Below are positions 1-13,065 of a stretch of DNA of 64,000 nt, piece after piece. The stretch covers positions 6,314,166 through 6,378,165 of the forward strand of contig OZ316896.1 in the NCBI GenBank assembly GCA_973895155.1. The letters are read 5' to 3'. The position numbers and the translations under genes are program-made. The notes beneath the pieces are model-generated. The model saw only the letters and a list, made by a program, of their open reading frames with translations. It was not told the origin of the DNA and did not search any database. Positions within the stretch are counted from its first letter, which is position 1, and every line of letters begins with the position of its first letter. Origin of the DNA: Marsupella aquatica. Lineage: Eukaryota > Plantae > Marchantiophyta.

Positions 1-487
1 TTCCCCCCTCGGGATGCGACGCACTCTGACTACCCGGACTAAGTAAGTACTTAATCTGGGCCCCCTTGTTGTGTACCAACTGCTCATAGATGAGTCGTTG
101 GTCTTGAGTCAACGGACCCAGACCGTCGTCCACGGCTGGGCCCTTGCGGGTTGTATGAGGACGGTCCTCCAACCGTCTTTCCTTTGCGGGCTGCCTGTCC
201 TTAGGTTCTCTTGTGGATTTTGGTGACACCCCCCGCGTCTTGCGAGCACCATGACCTCCCGGGACTGAGGTATCACCCGCATCATCCTGGTTCTGCTTGG
301 TCAAATTATCCACGATGACGTCCGGCTCGGCATCATCCTCTGGTTCCGCATTCAACCCTCTCAAGGCTGGGATCAGTTCCTCTTCCAGGTCCTGACCCTC
401 TTCCTCTGTCTCGGATTCTGTGTTGTCGTCGCTTGCGGTTGCGTCGGAGTCATCGTCATCTGACCCATCCTCTGAAGGATCAGCCGC
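1..487 (-). mobile_element. Ty3/gypsy chromovirus copy 1, gag-region segment (continues at 17017 after nested insertions, and leftwards outside the window)
   Basis: Nearly identical to 38296-38782 of the full-length copy; homology breaks at 487 and resumes at 17017. Confidence 0.9.
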
Positions 488-789
488 TGTGACGCCGATG
501 ACATGGTCCTTATTCTATAATCTAAGTAACTAGGTTGCTGTATGCAAGGAGTAGTTATTGATACCGCATAACAATTAGCAAGATGGCAAGAATAAGCGCA
601 ATCATGGCGTTAAGAGTAGGGAAATAAAAGCTATGTCGCGGGTGGTTGGCGACCATATCTCTTTCAATATGTCACCAAATCCGGATTTGTAAAGAGCATT
701 GGGAAGATCTGGTCAAGGCGAGTAAAATCGATATAAAACACTCGAGAAACGGAGGTGTATTAAGGAAGATACGGCCTGATTAGTGTGAT

Positions 790-1160
790 AGGTTAGCTTG
801 TGGCCGGAATTAGCGGGTTTAGCTTCAGTTTCGGGTTAACCCAAGCTCGGCCACGGCTTAGCTCAGGTAAGCACGGCTTCAGCTTATCTCAGGTAAGCAC
901 GGCTTCAACTTAGCTCAAGTAAGCACAGCTTCAGCTTAGGCTCAACCCAGGTTCGGATTAGATTGATCCCGGGTTAGACTTAACTCGGGTTAGCCTAAAC
1001 TCGGGCTCAGGTTAGCATAGGTAAGCTCGGGTTCGGGCTCAACTTAGGCTAGGTTAGCGGATAGCGGGTAGCGGCCTAACTCGAGACCACGGGTTAGCTC
1101 TACTCGGGTTAGATAGGATAGCCGAACTCGGGTTAGCTATGTAACTCGGGTTAGCGCAGC
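790..1160. repeat. Degenerate short tandem repeats (CTCGGGTTAG-like; ~26-bp GCACGGCTTCAGCTTAGCTCAGGTAA) inside the solo LTR
   Basis: Recurrent GGGTTAG, GCTTAG and AACTCGGG motifs seen directly. Confidence 0.7.
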
Positions 1161-2058
1161 AGTGAGTACCCCCTCTCGGTTGCGGGGGCATAACTCTCTG
1201 TGTATTTAACCAAATTGGCTATAATTGACCTCGTTGGAAAGAGGAGCTCAAGCCGCTTCCAACGCTGCTATCCACGCAGCAAATGGTTGAATTAAGAAAT
1301 CGGGAGAGGAGGTGCAAGCTCGCGAAAACCATGGAGGAGGGCCAAATCCGAAGTACATAGCCAATTCGAGACAGAAATAAAGTTGCGAGTTAGGGTTCAG
1401 TAGTTAGAGATAGTGGCGGCTCTATTAGGGCTGGGATGGGGCTCCAGCAGCATAGTATCCACCCATTTGGGCTCAGTATGAGAGTATATAGAGCAGCCTC
1501 CCGGTAGAGGCAAGGGGGGGGGGGACTTCAGTTGTGTGATCTCACTTAGACTGAGCAGCAGGGAGGAGCTCTGTGCAAGCAAGGCTGGACTTGGACGCTG
1601 CGTGTTGGGGAGAGCTTGGTTGTGCTATTACTTAGGGAGTAATCAGCCAAGCTTCACAGCTGCAACGGGTTGCTAGGTTTGCGAGCTGGATTGTGGCTCT
1701 TTCTAGTGGGCAGCACAACTGGGTTCTTTTCCCCCGATACAGAGCCTTGGTGATAGGTGATGTATTGGTGATTGTAAACTGTGGAGAGGATTTCAATGTG
1801 ATTTGTGGTGAGCACATTAGGGAGGCTGAGACACTGATTGAGGGGCAGCAGGAGGAGCATTTATAGTTCAGTCTGGCAAGGCTACGGGATCCATGGGGAG
1901 TCCCGGCCTTTGTCTGGTAGAGAGCACTAAGGGATTTATGGCCAGAGCTGAGCTTGCACGGCAAGCGTGAGGCCGGGCCTCATTGCAGTCTGGGATAGAG
2001 AGGAGCAATCTCATCAGTTATTAGTGACTGATATCAGTCACCGACATTTTTTTGGACA

Positions 2059-2807
2059 ATCTCGGAGACCTCTCCGAGATTGACCCCTTTTTTTTAATCA
2101 ATCTTGGAGGCATCTCCGAGATTGACGTCCTATTTTGTGTCAATCTCGGAGGCCTCTCCGAGATTGGTCACCAAAGTCTCCAACAATTGTTACAATCTCG
2201 GAGAGCCTCTCCGAGATGGGATCAACACTGGGTTTGAATCTTGGAGAGCCTCTCCGAGATTGCCAAAAACACTGGGTTTAAATCTCGGAGAGCGTCTCCG
2301 AGATGGGATCAACATCACTTGGAATCTCAGAGAGCGTCTCCGAGATGGGATCAACATCACTTGGAATGTCGGAGAGCCTCTCCGAGAACATCACTTGGAA
2401 TGTCGGAGAGCCTCTCCGAGAACATCACTTGGAATGTTGAAGAGCCTCTTCGAGATGGGATCAACATCACTTGGAATCTCGGAGAGCCTCTCCGAGATGG
2501 GATCAACGTCACTTGGAATCTCGGAGAGCCTCTCCGAGATGGGATCAACGTCACTTGGAATCTCGGAGAGCCTCTCCGAGATGGGATCAACATCACTTGG
2601 AATCTCGGAGAGCCTCTCCGAGATGGGATCAACTTCACTTGAAATCTCGGAGAGCCTCTCCGAGATGGAATCAACGTCACTTGGAATCTCGGAGAGCCTC
2701 TCCGAGATGGGATCAACACTGGGTTGGAATCTCGGAGAGCCTCTCCGAGATGGGATCAACCTCACTTGGAATCTCGGAGAGCCTCTCCGAGATGGGATCA
2801 ACATCAT
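2059..2807. repeat. Left subterminal array of the 22/23-bp palindrome, mostly 42-bp period
   Basis: Unit TTGGAATCTCGGAGAGCCTCTCCGAGATGGGATCAACATCAC; about 19 palindrome copies by eye. Confidence 0.95.
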
Positions 2808-2892
2808 TTGAAATCTTGAACATTTATTATTATGAAAGGATACAAAAGTGTATCGTTCTACCCACTAAACCCGAAACATCTTTGACATGCAT

Positions 2893-5800
2893 TCACCCTG
2901 AGCCTGCTACATTTGACACCAATTTACGAACCTCGCTAAGTGTCAAGATTGGCTGGTGGATCTCTTGGTCGCTCTCTAGATCTCGTCCACAAATATTTTT
3001 ATAGCACCAATACAAGTGTTTGCAAGGAAAGAAGTATCTTCCAGTATCTCTCATGATGAAATCTTGACAAGAGCAAGTTGGGAACACACATATCTGTACA
3101 CAATGGGCTGAATTACGGTCACGATGAGTGTTGGAAAGTACCACTCGTAAGCCAGTTGCATTCCCTTTTTCAATTCGAGTCATGGAAGTGAACCTCATCA
3201 ACTCGGATTTGGCACTCTCAATACGTTTCTTTGCATCTGCCGTCACAACCAATCTCCTTCGCCGTAAGCGACCATTGCGCCGGCTCAGCCTGACATCAGG
3301 CTTCAATGGATCCAACTGCTCAGGGTAACTATTCAAGTCCACAATTACATCGCCAGGACTCACCATTGAATCACCAGGAATGATGGTCTGTACCACATTC
3401 AATTCATTCACATGGAGAAAATCAACTTTATCTTGTGTTAGATAGGTTCCTCGAGCAACTAGGACCTTCTCCGGTAGTGGGGGCAGCCGCCCAGTAACAT
3501 ATGCCATGGAGGATTTCTGGCAACACTTGTTGTTTGGGCAAAACCAAAACTTTTGTGGAATGTTTGGATCCTTGTAACTGCTCCCAGCCAATAAGCACAA
3601 TCCTACCACACCCAACGTTGCATGACAAAACCCCACCTCCTTGATGTATAGACCGCATGCTGGACATTCTGTGCCTTTGAAGGCACCTCTACAAGCGGGA
3701 CCACTTCCATGGCGACTGATGCGAGACAAAAACAACATTCCTGGCATCACATTGCTCTCCTGAACTTGTCTTTGTTGGCCTCTATTATGCAAAGGTTCAG
3801 CAAACCGCATTGGTGGATAAACAGGGGGTGACCTTGGTATTGACCTTGTTGGGGTTGGAGGAGGTGGAACACGTGTTGCCCTTGTTGGGGGCGGAGGAGG
3901 CACTCGAGTTGACCTCCTTGGGGTTGATGGTGGAGGGACACGTGCTGACCTTGTCGCACGCTGTACTGGGCTCTCCAAAATCACCACATCTGATCCACCA
4001 GAGCCTGTAGGAGAGTCTGACGAGGTTGACAAGTCGACCACGTCAAGAATGGTACTTTTCAAGTTTGCATCTTGGCTTGAAATCCCCTTGAACTTCCGCT
4101 TTTTAGGTCGCGTTACTAGAATGACATCATCGCGATGGGAGTCTTCTACTGCAATAGCATCAGCTGGAACCTTGCCTCGCGCCGACATTCGTTGAGTTTC
4201 ATAGTCACCAGGAATTGGGTCCCCCGAAGCATATTCAACCATCTCCGGTTGAGTCATCACCGTATTTAACTTTGGGAAGAAACTCTTAACATTCCCAACC
4301 ATCCTGGCATCTCGGAGACGAAGTTCAAAGAGGCTTGGGCCGCGGCCCTTCCTCCCGTGGGTCGTGTAGTTCACAAAGACACCAATTTGATTTGATGCAC
4401 GGGTTGCATCCGTTATACAAGATTGCACTATCCCAATCTTTGTTGTGGAAGACCATCGGCCCATCACGGCATGCACGGATTCTGCCCCGCTATGGTTCAG
4501 CATCAATGTAGACTTAGTTCTGTCCATGTCCTACACAAAAATCAAAGAAAAGAGTATTACCAAAAAATGTACATGGGTCATCTTGTACATCTGCAACATG
4601 TCCAACGGGGTCTATCCTGGAGAGGCTCTCCAAGATGACCAGTGTTTCATCTCGGAGAGCCTCTCTAAGATGAACCGTGTTACAAAATAAAAGTTGGCTC
4701 TCTAACATGTCTTCCGAGTCGCCCATTTATTTCATCTGGGAGAGGCTCTCCGAGATGACCCACCTCTTCCATCTCGGAGAGCCTCTCCCAGATGACCCAC
4801 CTCTTTCATCTTGGAGAGCCTCTCCGAGATAACCCATATGTTCCATCTCGGAGAGCCTCTCCAAGATGACCCATATGTTCCATCTTGGAGAGCCTCTTCG
4901 AGATGACCCATATGTTTCATCTCGGAGAGCCTCTCCGAGATGACCCACGTCTTCCATCTCAGAGATTACCCATATGTTCCATCTCGAAGAGGCTCTCCGA
5001 GATAGAATATTACTAAGAATTCATAGACTTACCAGCCGAATAAAGTTTCCCCACTGGGAGAACCGCACAATCCACCACGAAAGCCATGTCTCCAGTGACT
5101 TGGTTTTTCCTTTGATTGCATTCCCATTTTTCCACCAATCCTTCATCTTCTCAAAAGTCCGAAATGCAAGAATCACATTGGCAGCGTCCCTCAATGAATC
5201 CAGAAGCTCCTTATGCTCAACTGCTTTGCCTGGAAGAATGCATTTCTTTGTCATCTTCTCCACTGATTGCGCCCAATGAAATGCATCAGATCGCTCCTTT
5301 TGAGAATTAACTCTTCCATCCCAGAATGTGTTTTGAACTGCATTCCACCCAACTGCAGCATTATCGGCAATGAACCCACAAAACGTAACATTGTCAAGCC
5401 CATTTGCCTTACACACTCGCTTCATGACCTTCCATGCAGTTTGTAGTGCAGCAGTATCTTCCGAAACTAGCTCGCATATAAAAATTGTGCAGAGACCTCT
5501 GTATAGGTGGTCGTATACATGAGCTGACATTGTGCACCATTGCTTCTCAGTCATCCGATGCATGACATCAAACATCACCCATGAGTCTTGTAGATCTCCA
5601 CCAGGCTGCATCCTTTGAATGAGATCGATTCCAGACCCTGGACCCTTTACAGTCATCTTGAAAATGTGTGGGCGCTCATTTGTATCTAGCTTCTGGTTTG
5701 GAAATAGAGTGCTCTGGACAAATGAAAACACTGTTTCTTTTTGAAGATCAAGGATGACTTGGAGGTCGGATGAGGCATGGGTATACTTGCGTATGCTCTG

Positions 5801-6943
5801 TATCATAGATCTTACAACTGATCGATCTGATAGGATCGCTAATGTTTCATTCAGATCCCGTGCTTCCTCAAATGTGACAATCCCAGCAACCTTGTCATCA
5901 AAAATATCCCTTAGAGCTTTAATTGTGTCACTCTTGATCACAGACGGCATTGCATGAGGATTCTTCTTCAATTTCTCCTCCATCAACTTATGTAAGAAAG
6001 CTTTTCGATCTTTCTTGAGAACAAATTTGGCCGGATGTGAGTGACTCCCAACATGCATAGCAACACGTGTCATGTGCTTGTAAATATAATGGTCATGAGA
6101 GGTCAGAGTTATGTAGAACATTTCGGCTGGACACTTGGCTATACACTTAGGAGGCCGATCACAAAAGGCGCAAATCACACTCTCGGCTGGAACTAGTCGC
6201 CCAACAAGAAATGGAACCTCATTTCTCCCACCCCTATCTCGCTGCCATTCTGTGCAATTGCGCTCATTCTTACTTGTAAAAGCCGGACAATCTGAATGTG
6301 GACATTGCAAAGAGCCCAGGTATCTCACATTCCCAATCTTATACTTGAAGCCTCCCTTGTTCAGGTTGGGTCCAATTTGGGCCCCTGTCTCGATGAGCTT
6401 GCTCCACAAGTAGCAGTCATTTCTCCGCTCCATACCCAAGAAGAAGGCACCCTTTGTGTACATTCCTGTGAATGGGGGGAGCTCAAAAATGCAATCCCCA
6501 TCATACCATTCCGGCAGAGTCATGACTCGTTGTGGATAATGCACTCTAAGAATGGAATGGGCAGCCTTTACACATCGCGAAGTGCCTTTCCCTTTCAGCA
6601 TTGCAGCAACAACACTTTCAAGAAATTCGGCTTGCTCTACCTCTGCCGGCCACTCTGAAATCTCTCCAGTTTGAGATTGCAAACCAACTTCAGTAAGAGG
6701 AACAGAGTACACCCTCTGCTGAAGGACGTATGAAACTTCACTTTTCAGATGCCATATCCTTTCCTCTCCACTCTCCTCTGAGTCTGCCTCAATCAATGGT
6801 AAGACATCGTCGGCCTCAAAGAGTGCCCACTCCCCAATCTCAACATCGAACCGACGAGCTAATTCGTTGTCTGGTGTATGCCGAACAACACCATCAGTCG
6901 CTAGCACAACAACGTCTCCATTGTCTGGAAACGTGATCCTCAC
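2893..6943 (-). CDS. MULE-family DDE transposase with N-terminal WRKY/GCM-like Zn finger and C-terminal SWIM domain; exons >=6943-5033 and 4530-2893 (~1180 aa, true start uncertain)
   Basis: Motifs WVMFDVMHR (D1), FIADNAA (D2), ERSDAFHWAQS (CxxH position), GAESVHA (E), CSC-x15-CKH (SWIM), and an N-terminal CxxxxC...CxxC...C...HxH. Phase-0 intron 5032-4531 (CTG|GTAAGT ... TTGTGTAG|GAC) joins ORFs 5021-6943 and 2893-4527. The frame continues upstream past a TGA at 6977-6979. Confidence 0.85.
4612..5003. repeat. Palindrome array in the transposase intron, 37-bp period
   Basis: Unit CCATCTCGGAGAGCCTCTCCGAGATGACCCATATGTT; palindrome starts at 4771, 4808, 4845; about 10 copies. Confidence 0.9.
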
Positions 6944-7154
6944 ACGAATATTGTTGAATATGTCAAGATTGTTTTGTCAGAGTACCTTATCGCCCAGACT
7001 GAGCGTAAAAATTGTTACAATATTCTTCCCTCGTTGAATATGTAAGAATCCTTCTTGACAACGTACCCTTGTGAGCGTGAAAACTGTTATTGACAGTGAC
7101 TAAGTTTATTGGACCAACATCCAAGAACCTTTGACAGCAAGTTTAGGGTGTTCA

Positions 7155-8055
7155 TTAGGCTCTCTCAGATGCCATCTGGAAGCCTCGACCCATGTTAGAG
7201 AGGCTCTCCGAGATTAGATCTTGCACCGGATCTCACCAAGTTTCATCTTGGAGAGGCTCTCCAACATGCCATCTTGCGCAGGTATGAGGCCTCGACCCAT
7301 CTTGGAGAGGCTCTCCGAGATTAGATCTTGCACCGGATCTCACCAAGTTTCATCTTGGAGAGGCTCTCCGACATGCCATCTTGCGCAGGTATGAGGCCTC
7401 GACCCATCTTGGAGAGGCTCTCCAAGATTAGATCTTGCACCGGATCTCACCAAGTTTCATCTTGGAGAGGCTCTCCGACATGCCATCTTGCGTAGGTATG
7501 AGGCCTCGACCCATCTTGGAGAGGCTCTCCGAGATTAGATCTTGCACCGGATCTCACCAAGTTTCATCTTGGAGAGGCTCTCCGACATGCCATCTTGCGC
7601 AGGTATGAGGCCTCGACCCATCTTGGAGAGGCTCTCCAAGATTAGATCTTGCACCGGATCTCACCAAGTTTCATCTTGGAGAGGCTCTCCGACATGCCAT
7701 CTTGCGTAGGTATGAGGCCTCGACCCATCTTGGAGAGGCTCTCCGAGATTAGATCTTGCACCGGATCTCACCAAGTTTCATCTTGGAGAGGCTCTCCGAG
7801 ATGCCATCTTGTGGAGGTATGTAGCCTTGACCCATGTTGGAGAGGCTCTCCGAGATACCATCTTGCGCAGGTATGAAGGGTTTAGGGATGTTGGAGAGGC
7901 TCTCCGAGATGCCATCTTTAGGTGTGTAGCAAGGATTAGGCCCAATATTTGTCAGAGAGGCTCTCCAAAGTTATCACCAACCTGATATGTCATCTCGGAG
8001 AGCCTCTCCGAGGTCTGATCTTGTGTAATATTCAATTTTGGAGAGGCTCTGACAT
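7155..8055. repeat. Palindrome array upstream of the transposase, 107-bp higher-order repeat (53+54 bp)
   Basis: Alternating spacers TAGATCTTGCACCGGATCTCACCAAGTTTC and GCCATCTTGCGCAGGTATGAGGCCTCGACCC; central base mostly G; units at 7301, 7354, 7408. Confidence 0.9.
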
Positions 8056-8067
8056 GGGTCCTCAATG

Positions 8068-8680
8068 ACATGTCATCTCGGAGAGCCTCTCCGACTTACG
8101 TCCCCACTTTACATGTCATCTCGGAGAGCCTCTCCGACTTACGTCCCCACTTTACATGTCAACTCGGAGAGCCTCTCCGACTTAGTCCCCACTTTACATG
8201 TCATCTCGGAGAGCCTCTCCGACTTACGTCCCCACTTTACATGTCAACTCGGAGAGCCTCTCCGACTTATGTCCCCACTTTACATGTCATCTCGAAGAGC
8301 CTCTCCGACTTACGTCCCCACTTTACATGTCATCTCGGAGAGCCTCTCCGACTTACGTCCCCACTTTACATGTCATCTCGGAGAGCCTCTCCGACTTACG
8401 TCCCCACTTTACATGTCAACTCGGAGAGCCTCTCCCACTTACGTCCCTACTTTACATGTCATCTCGGAGAGCCTCTCCGACTTACGTCCCCACTTTACAT
8501 GTCAACTCGGAGAGCCTCTCCGACTTACGTCCCCACTTTACATGTCATCTCGGAGAGGCTCTCCGACTTACGTCCCTACTTTACATGTCATCTCGGAGAG
8601 CCTCTTCGACTTAAGTCCCCACTTTACATGTCAGAGTGGAGAGCTTATCTGACATGGGGGCGTGACATATCTCGGAGACA
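8068..8680. repeat. Palindrome array in the divergent intergenic region, 43-bp period
   Basis: Unit ACATGTCATCTCGGAGAGCCTCTCCGACTTACGTCCCCACTTT; about 13 copies. Confidence 0.95.
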
Positions 8681-9261
8681 ATCTGGAACTTGAGACTGGC
8701 TTGACATGTCGTGCAAGTACTGAATATTTTTTGGAATTAAATCCAGTCATTCAATGATCGTACTCATTAATACCAAGGAATGATAGGAAATCTTATCTGG
8801 TCTGGAATCAATCGTACCAAGGACATTATGGCGTGAAGGGGTAGTAATAATGAAAGCATCTGTACAGGTACTTCAGTGTTGCGACTCTGACATGAGTCAA
8901 ATCTAGGCATTCATCATTATCAGAGTATGACAACATATAAGCCAATAAACTGCTAACATGTCAACTTCCTCCCGTGGCCCCTACCACTTGTAATCAATGA
9001 GTGGTCCCATAGATCTCCTGTTGCTTGGATGGGACTCAACCTGCGTGACGGCGATAGTGAAGTCAGTTGTGATGCCCCTAGATCTTCCGTTGCCTAATAA
9101 TGATGATGACTACTTTGGTGAGTCCCAGCCGTCTCTCGCCTTTCCTCATTTGAAAGGCGAGCAATTGAGGCCAAGCGAGTGCGAGTGCGGATGCAATTTA
9201 CCTCATATTTCTTGGAGAGCGTAAGTTGCTTTGTGATCTTTCCCTCTCCGCGCTCTGTATG

Positions 9262-9692
9262 CTATGAGTTGTGTGCTGTGAGCTGTGGTGGTGCGAGTGC
9301 TGGAAGTAGTGCGATTGTGAGTGCAGTGCGATTGAGTGCGATTGTGAGTGCGAGTAGTTGTGCGGTGCGATTGAGTGCTATGCAAGTGGTGCGATTGAGC
9401 TTGCTGTGAGTGAGTTGTGGTGGTGCGAGTGCTGGAAGCAGTGCAATTGAGTGCGGTGAGTTGTGGCGGTCGAGTGCGAGTGTTGTGCGAGCGGTGTGAT
9501 TGAGTGTTGTGCCACTGCCAGTGATTGAGCTTGCTGTGACTAAGCTGTGGCGGTGCAAGTGCTGGAAGCGGTGCGATTGAGTGCGGTGAGCTGTGGCGGT
9601 GCAAGTGCGAGTGCTGTGCGAGCGGTGCGATTGAGCTTGTTGCGACTGAGCTGTGGGTGGTGCAAGTGTTGTGCAAGTTGTGCTCGTGCAAT
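9262..9692. repeat. GT-rich degenerate minisatellite (GTGCGATTGAGT / GTGCGAGT / GTGGCGGT), possibly within a 5' leader intron (9221-9696)
   Basis: Low-complexity repeats flanked by GTAAGT at 9221 and TTCAG ending at 9696, just upstream of the ATG at 9716. Confidence 0.7.
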
Positions 9693-10460
9693 TCAGTAGT
9701 TGGTGAGATTTGAAAATGACAGGGAAGAGGAAGCAACCCACTCCCTCTCCTTCATCGTCTGGTCGGCAGACCAGATCAAAGACAACAGAGAGCACCGCCA
9801 GTGGTCGGGAAACTCACACAGTGAAGAAGCTGGAGCCGAAGGTTCTGAACTTTGAAAATGTGTCTACTGAACGTCTGAACAAAGGTGCATTCGAAGGGAT
9901 TGTTGGGGAGTACTTGCTTTCATTTGGAGCTGAACCAAGTGGGAAGCCCAGAGAGCCACCTCGGATTCCACTATGTCGTTTGATGACAATGGAGGCAGTT
10001 TGGACTCTCCAACAGAGCTCCATTCTGAAGATGAAGAAGGACTTCGTGAAGAATGGGTATGTGGACAAGTTTTTGGAATTCCACATATCAGAGACCAATG
10101 CGCATAACGCCACCCACTCCATGTCTGAATTTTCCGCGGATTGGGACCCTCTATGGGAACAAGCTAACGCAAAATTTGAGATGGAGTGTGATGAGTACGA
10201 GGAGTTTCATGTTTTGAAGGGTAAGATGTTTTGGGTGTTTGATGGAAATCATCGCCTGAATGCATGTAGACAAGTGGCTGAAGAGTATCCTGACAAGCAG
10301 AAGTACCACCCTTGCATGAGATTCTCTCTTCTACAGCCTGGAAAACAAGGATTCAGGAAGATTGAGCAGGCAATGCACGGCCTCAACGCGTAAGTTTCCG
10401 CCCCCTTGGTTTTTGGTTGTTCTTGCATTTGTTGTTTTTTTGCACCCACATAGGCAATCC

Positions 10461-10666
10461 TATCTCGGAGAGGCTCTCCGAGATAGATACATACACACAT
10501 ACAATGTTTGGCTCTCAAAATGCTATCTCAGAGAGGCTCTCCGAGATAAACCTTCCCTTCTCGGAGAGCCTCTCCGAGATATCAATGCCTTCTTGGAGAG
10601 CGATGCCTTCTCAGAGAGCCTCTCCGAGATGTCCATGCCTTCTCGGAGAGCATCTCCAAGAGAGAT
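10461..10666. repeat. Palindrome cluster in intron 1 of the cargo gene
   Basis: About 6 copies of ATCTCGGAGAG(C/G)CTCTCCGAGAT or variants within intron 10390-10720. Confidence 0.9.
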
Positions 10667-13065
10667 GTAATTTTCAGGTATGAAGACTTTGACGCCAACA
10701 TTTGTCGCTTCTTTATGCAGGATAAGCGCAAACGTTGTGCAGACATCTTGGTTGACCGATGCAGACAGGGTGAAGAAGCTGTTGATGACACCTTTGGAGG
10801 AGTATCAGACATTGCTTCATCCGGATGGTTATGCTAGATTCTTAGCAGCAAGAAGCCATGGGCATGGAAAGACATGGTATAGCAAGTGCATGACAAAGGA
10901 TGCTGCTGTGTACATCATGTCGTGGAATAATATTGAAGACGGGAGGATTCGTCTTGCGAAGGAGATGGCAGCCGATGCTGCAATTGGCCATGCCTGGAGT
11001 TTGGATAAGTTCCAAAAGGAAACCGCACTCATGACGAGTGAAGCTTGTAGGTCTTGGGAGGGCAAAATGCAGAAGTTTGCTCAGATTGTCAATCTAGCAA
11101 ATGGAGAGGAGTTTCTAGAGATTGCCGAGGAGCTGCACCAGTTGCAGAGTTAACAAAAAGATCGGCCACAAGTGCAAGTGGGGTTGGATCGAGTTAAATT
11201 GTTTGCAAGTGCGGTGATGCCTGCTGAGTGTCGAAACAAGTTACTCCGCGTTCATTTCTCAACCGCGGAGGAGAAGAAGCGACACCACCATCCAGATGTA
11301 TATGGTGATTCAGCAGTGAGAGCTTGGTTGCTAGTGTGGTCAATGTGGTGTTACATTGCCCATGTTGGCAGTTTGATAATGTCAGAGTTTGCCGAGAGTG
11401 CATATGATTCTGGTGAGTGGCAGAACTTCAATGGAAGCAAAGACGAGTTTGTTGAGTTTCACAACAAGATGTACAAGCAATTTGTACAGACTCGGTCCTA
11501 TGAGGAGGGCAAGAAGATGTGGAATCCAGCAAAGCAAAGCAAAGATGTGTGGAGGAATCGTGCAAAGAGGTGTGTGGTCAGATATTTACTTCATCAGGAG
11601 AGCATTGGAGCCTCTACTTTCAAAGTGTTACCAAGTGCTCTGACTGCATGGATGACGGAGAAAGGCCCGCTGTCAATGTATCCAACAGATGGGCTGAAGC
11701 CATCAGCAAGAGTCTTTTCAGACTGGGAGAGACAAAATTGTCCATGGTTCATGGAGTTCAATGATTGGAATGAGTTCATTACGCCCGAAGAGAAGGAAGC
11801 TGCCAACCTCCTAAAGGAGGGGAAACTACCAGACAACCTTTTTGCACCTTCAAAGTTGGGAGATCTTGAGCTGTCGACAAAGGCTGCATTGGACTTGGAG
11901 GCCATTTTGCCTCTTGGAGAGCCAGAGTATGATGGGAAGAAGGTTCGGGGGAAGAAAGAAAAGGAATCAGAAGACACCACCTCAGAACAAGGCACTCCTG
12001 GTAAGGTTTACACCCTAGCTTGCATTGTACATCTGACATATGTTTGAGAGCCTCTCCGAGATAGTATCATTGTAAAATGATAACTAAACTCCTTACTTTG
12101 TTCTGCAGAAAAAAGTAAGGAAAAGTTTGGAACCCCAGGGTCTACCTCAAGCAAACGTCGTCCGATGGATGAGAAGATGGAGCCAAGAAAGACCGGGGAC
12201 AATGGAGAGGAGGATGAGAAAGTGGTGAGTGGGGACAATGGAGAGGAGGATGAGAAAGCGGCAAGTGGGGACAATGGAGAGGAGGATGGGATGGCCACCG
12301 GGGACAATGCAGAGGGCCATGAGGAGGAGGAGGAGCCTGACCTTTCAACCCCAAGCGGGACCCCGAGTGGGACCCCAAGCAAACCACAAATCTCTGGTAA
12401 GCCAACCAGTCGGCCAAAGAAGAAAGCCGACAAGAGGATAGACGAACCCACAAAGAAGCCAGTTTCAACAGAAGCCCCAGAAATTCCGGAGGATGATCTT
12501 TGCGAAATTCTTGGAGTACCTCGGCCCTCTCATGCTATTACATCTGCCCTGCGATTTTGCCATGCAAAAGAGCATATGACCTTACTAGAGTGTTCTTCTT
12601 GGCTGAAGGACAAATATCAGCCAACCACGGGAAAGTTGCCTCTCCCTCCATTCATGAGGGAATTCCGGGACTGGTGTAAGAAATTGAAGTTGGCTGGCTT
12701 GCGAAAACAAGGTTGGATAGTTGATGGTGTACCTAAGGGCCATGGTTGTGATATGATCTTTGTTCAGCTAGGGACAGATTATCGCATAGCGCAGGCTGAA
12801 AATAATGTTCCGGTGTGGAATAGATTTCGGCTCAGTGACCTAGAAGTGGCGACGACATTGGCAGACTCTCTACTCACAAACGACGGTTTCCTGTGCAGTG
12901 GTTCATTTGCCCACATAGGCTCAATCTTTGAGTACCTTCACATTGACTGGGCTGAGAAGTTGGATCACATTGACTCATTCACCATTTGGAATGACACACC
13001 TTGCTACATGGCGTCAAGCAAAAAAGTTGTAAGTTCACTTCAATTTTGGCATTTCAATAGAAGTC

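Noticed and set aside
790-1160. Interstitial telomeric repeat
   Set aside because: GGGTTAG motifs are dispersed within longer degenerate units inside an LTR, not tandem TTTAGGG or TTAGGG.
2052-3004. Repetitive ORFs (SESLSE / RRASPR / LGEPLR), also at 4727-4957, 7649-8693, 13134-13316 and 15682-16063
   Set aside because: They are translations of the palindrome arrays, open in several frames on both strands.
9203-9795. His/Thr/Ala-rich minus-strand ORFs
   Set aside because: By-products of the GT-rich minisatellite.
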